Below are positions 62,805-64,000 of a DNA stretch of 64,000 nt, one piece after another. The position numbers were made by a program, and so were the translations under genes. Position 1 is the first letter of the stretch, and the number at the start of each line of letters is the position of its first letter. The notes beneath the pieces were generated by a model. The model was given only the letters and a program-made list of their open reading frames with translations, made no database searches and was not told the DNA's origin. Source of the stretch: Amoebidium appalachense (taxonomy: Eukaryota; Protista; Ichthyosporea); contig CAVNZM010000009.1 in assembly GCA_963693365.1 (NCBI GenBank), forward strand, positions 9,506,046-9,570,045, written 5' to 3'.

Positions 62805-63995
62805 CTACGGGCCCTGCTTCTGGCAGTCCTTCTTGTGCTCACCCCAATCGCGGGTCTGGCAGTCCCTGCTGCAGTAGTAGACGTGCTTACAGGCCGAGCA
62901 CTTCTCGGTGCGCCCGGTCGAGCCGCAGGTGGCACAGACGACAGAGGGCAGCTTGTCGATGATGTGCTTGACGGCCCGGTTGCACCATTCATACATACAC
63001 ATGTTGTCCATGTCGTACTCCGTGGACACGGGAAGAGTGCTCACCGCAAACTCCGCAATCTGCAGAACAGCCTCGGGCGTGGTGTGCGCGAGGCCGGAAG
63101 ACGCGCACAGTACATGAAGCATCATTCTGAAGACAATACCGGCGCCCGTGCTGATGTTTCCGGCATAGAGGGCATTGTAGTCCCGCTCCTCCAGCACGTA
63201 GCGGTGGAAGACACAGTAGTGCCTAAAACACGCGAAGTGGGCAGCCATGTTGCGTTCGGCCGCAGTTACCGTTGGGTCGTTCACCCATCTCCGCTCCTCT
63301 ATAGCACGCATCTCGCCCGCCAGGGTAGCCTCGCATTCCATGTAGCGCTCCTTGTTGCGAAACACACGCAGGTCGCCGCACTCCAGAACTTTTAGCATCA
63401 GGTTGCAGACCGGGTCCGAGTGGAAACGCAAGTGGCTGTCCAGGGTGTAGACCACGACCTCGTTTTTCGACACCGTTGGGTCTTGGTGGGTGGGTTGCTC
63501 CTTGCAGTCCTTCTTGTGCTCGGGCCACTTTTGTTTCATACAGATGTCATTGCAGAAGTAGGCGTTTCTGCAGCGGGAGCACTTCTTTGTGTCGACGGGC
63601 GAGCGGCACTGGAGACATGACACGGAAGGCAACTCGTTCACAAAGTGCTCGACGGCCCGGTTAGCCCAATCATTGTACACCACGTCGACAATGTCCTTGC
63701 ATAACGTATACGCACCCAAGGCGGAAGTGGCCGGCTCTTGACTGAAGTGGGCAGGGGGTCGGGCCTTGAGACCGGACCGCTCGCATAGCGCCGTCCCCAC
63801 GAGCATGAAGAAGTCCTGAACCCCTTGACCGAGCGTGCCCTCGTGGAGAGCCTCATGGTCCGGCTTCCCCAGCACGTAGCGCTGGAAGGCGGCGTACATT
63901 GGGAACGCGCTGGAGTGCAGACAAGTGTCCCAGAGGGGCGGCACCCGCCCAGGCCCGCGGGGTTGTCTCTGCAAATGCAGCAGCAAAGTTTTCAT
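62805..63995 (-). CDS. Intronless protein with two MYND zinc fingers in an internal duplication (may begin beyond the window)
   Basis: CLQC...CSRCRNAYFCNDICMKQKWPEHKKDC and CATC...CSACKHVYYCSRDCQTRDWGEHKKDC, each preceded by a related helical segment (F.RYVL...D..AL..G...W.NRAV.H...LPSV). Confidence 0.88.
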   Translation of the reverse strand: MKTLLLHLQRQPRGPGRVPPLWDTCLHSSAFPMYAAFQRYVLGKPDHEALHEGTLGQGVQDFFMLVGTALCERSGLKARPPAHFSQEPATSALGAYTLCKDIVDVVYNDWANRAVEHFVNELPSVSCLQCRSPVDTKKCSRCRNAYFCNDICMKQKWPEHKKDCKEQPTHQDPTVSKNEVVVYTLDSHLRFHSDPVCNLMLKVLECGDLRVFRNKERYMECEATLAGEMRAIEERRWVNDPTVTAAERNMAAHFACFRHYCVFHRYVLEERDYNALYAGNISTGAGIVFRMMLHVLCASSGLAHTTPEAVLQIAEFAVSTLPVSTEYDMDNMCMYEWCNRAVKHIIDKLPSVVCATCGSTGRTEKCSACKHVYYCSRDCQTRDWGEHKKDCQKQGP

Positions 63996-64000
63996 GTCGT

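Larger units (their letters stand above)
51620..64000. mobile_element. Integrated virus/plasmid-like DNA element (continues past window end)
   Basis: Abrupt change to intronless ORFs and loss of poly-G/(CA)n introns. Contains an SF3 helicase, iteron-like cluster, hairpin, tandem arrays and Zn-finger cargo. The left boundary could be as far left as ~51252. Confidence 0.65.

Noticed and set aside
62508-63395. 295-aa plus-strand ORF
   Set aside because: It is made of the 78-bp tandem repeat plus the antisense of the MYND gene.

Overview
This is eukaryotic, repeat-dense DNA with GT-AG introns full of poly-G/C and (CA)n tracts. An NCoR/SMRT-like gene points to an opisthokont or protist host (inference). 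It has three zones. (1) 0.4-21.7 kb is a retroelement cluster: two RT-less Ngaro/PAT-type tyrosine-recombinase elements with split direct repeats, a damaged Ty1/Copia element, and a non-autonomous element with the same 925-bp LTRs and a GAGAA TSD that splits an exon of a decayed gene. (2) 21.7-51.3 kb is decayed spliced host sequence: an NCoR/SMRT-like pseudogene with three SANT domains, a ~3-kb direct duplication, MITE-like hairpins and an intronless double-AP2 ORF. (3) From ~51.3 kb to the end is an intronless, virus- or plasmid-like block. It opens with a 276-bp GC-rich hairpin and short repeats. Next is a 5.5-kb cassette between inverted arms of 92/93-bp repeats, holding three coiled-coil ORFs, a TTAGGG-containing array and a ~116-bp array. 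Then comes an SF3 (DUF5906/D5-like) helicase followed at once by a phased TGAGTA/TACTCA iteron-like cluster, and finally C2H2, Bro-like, PHD-like and double-MYND cargo. Zone 3 is the best candidate for an undescribed self-replicating integrated element. No capsid, polymerase or integrase is visible, and the block runs off the window end.
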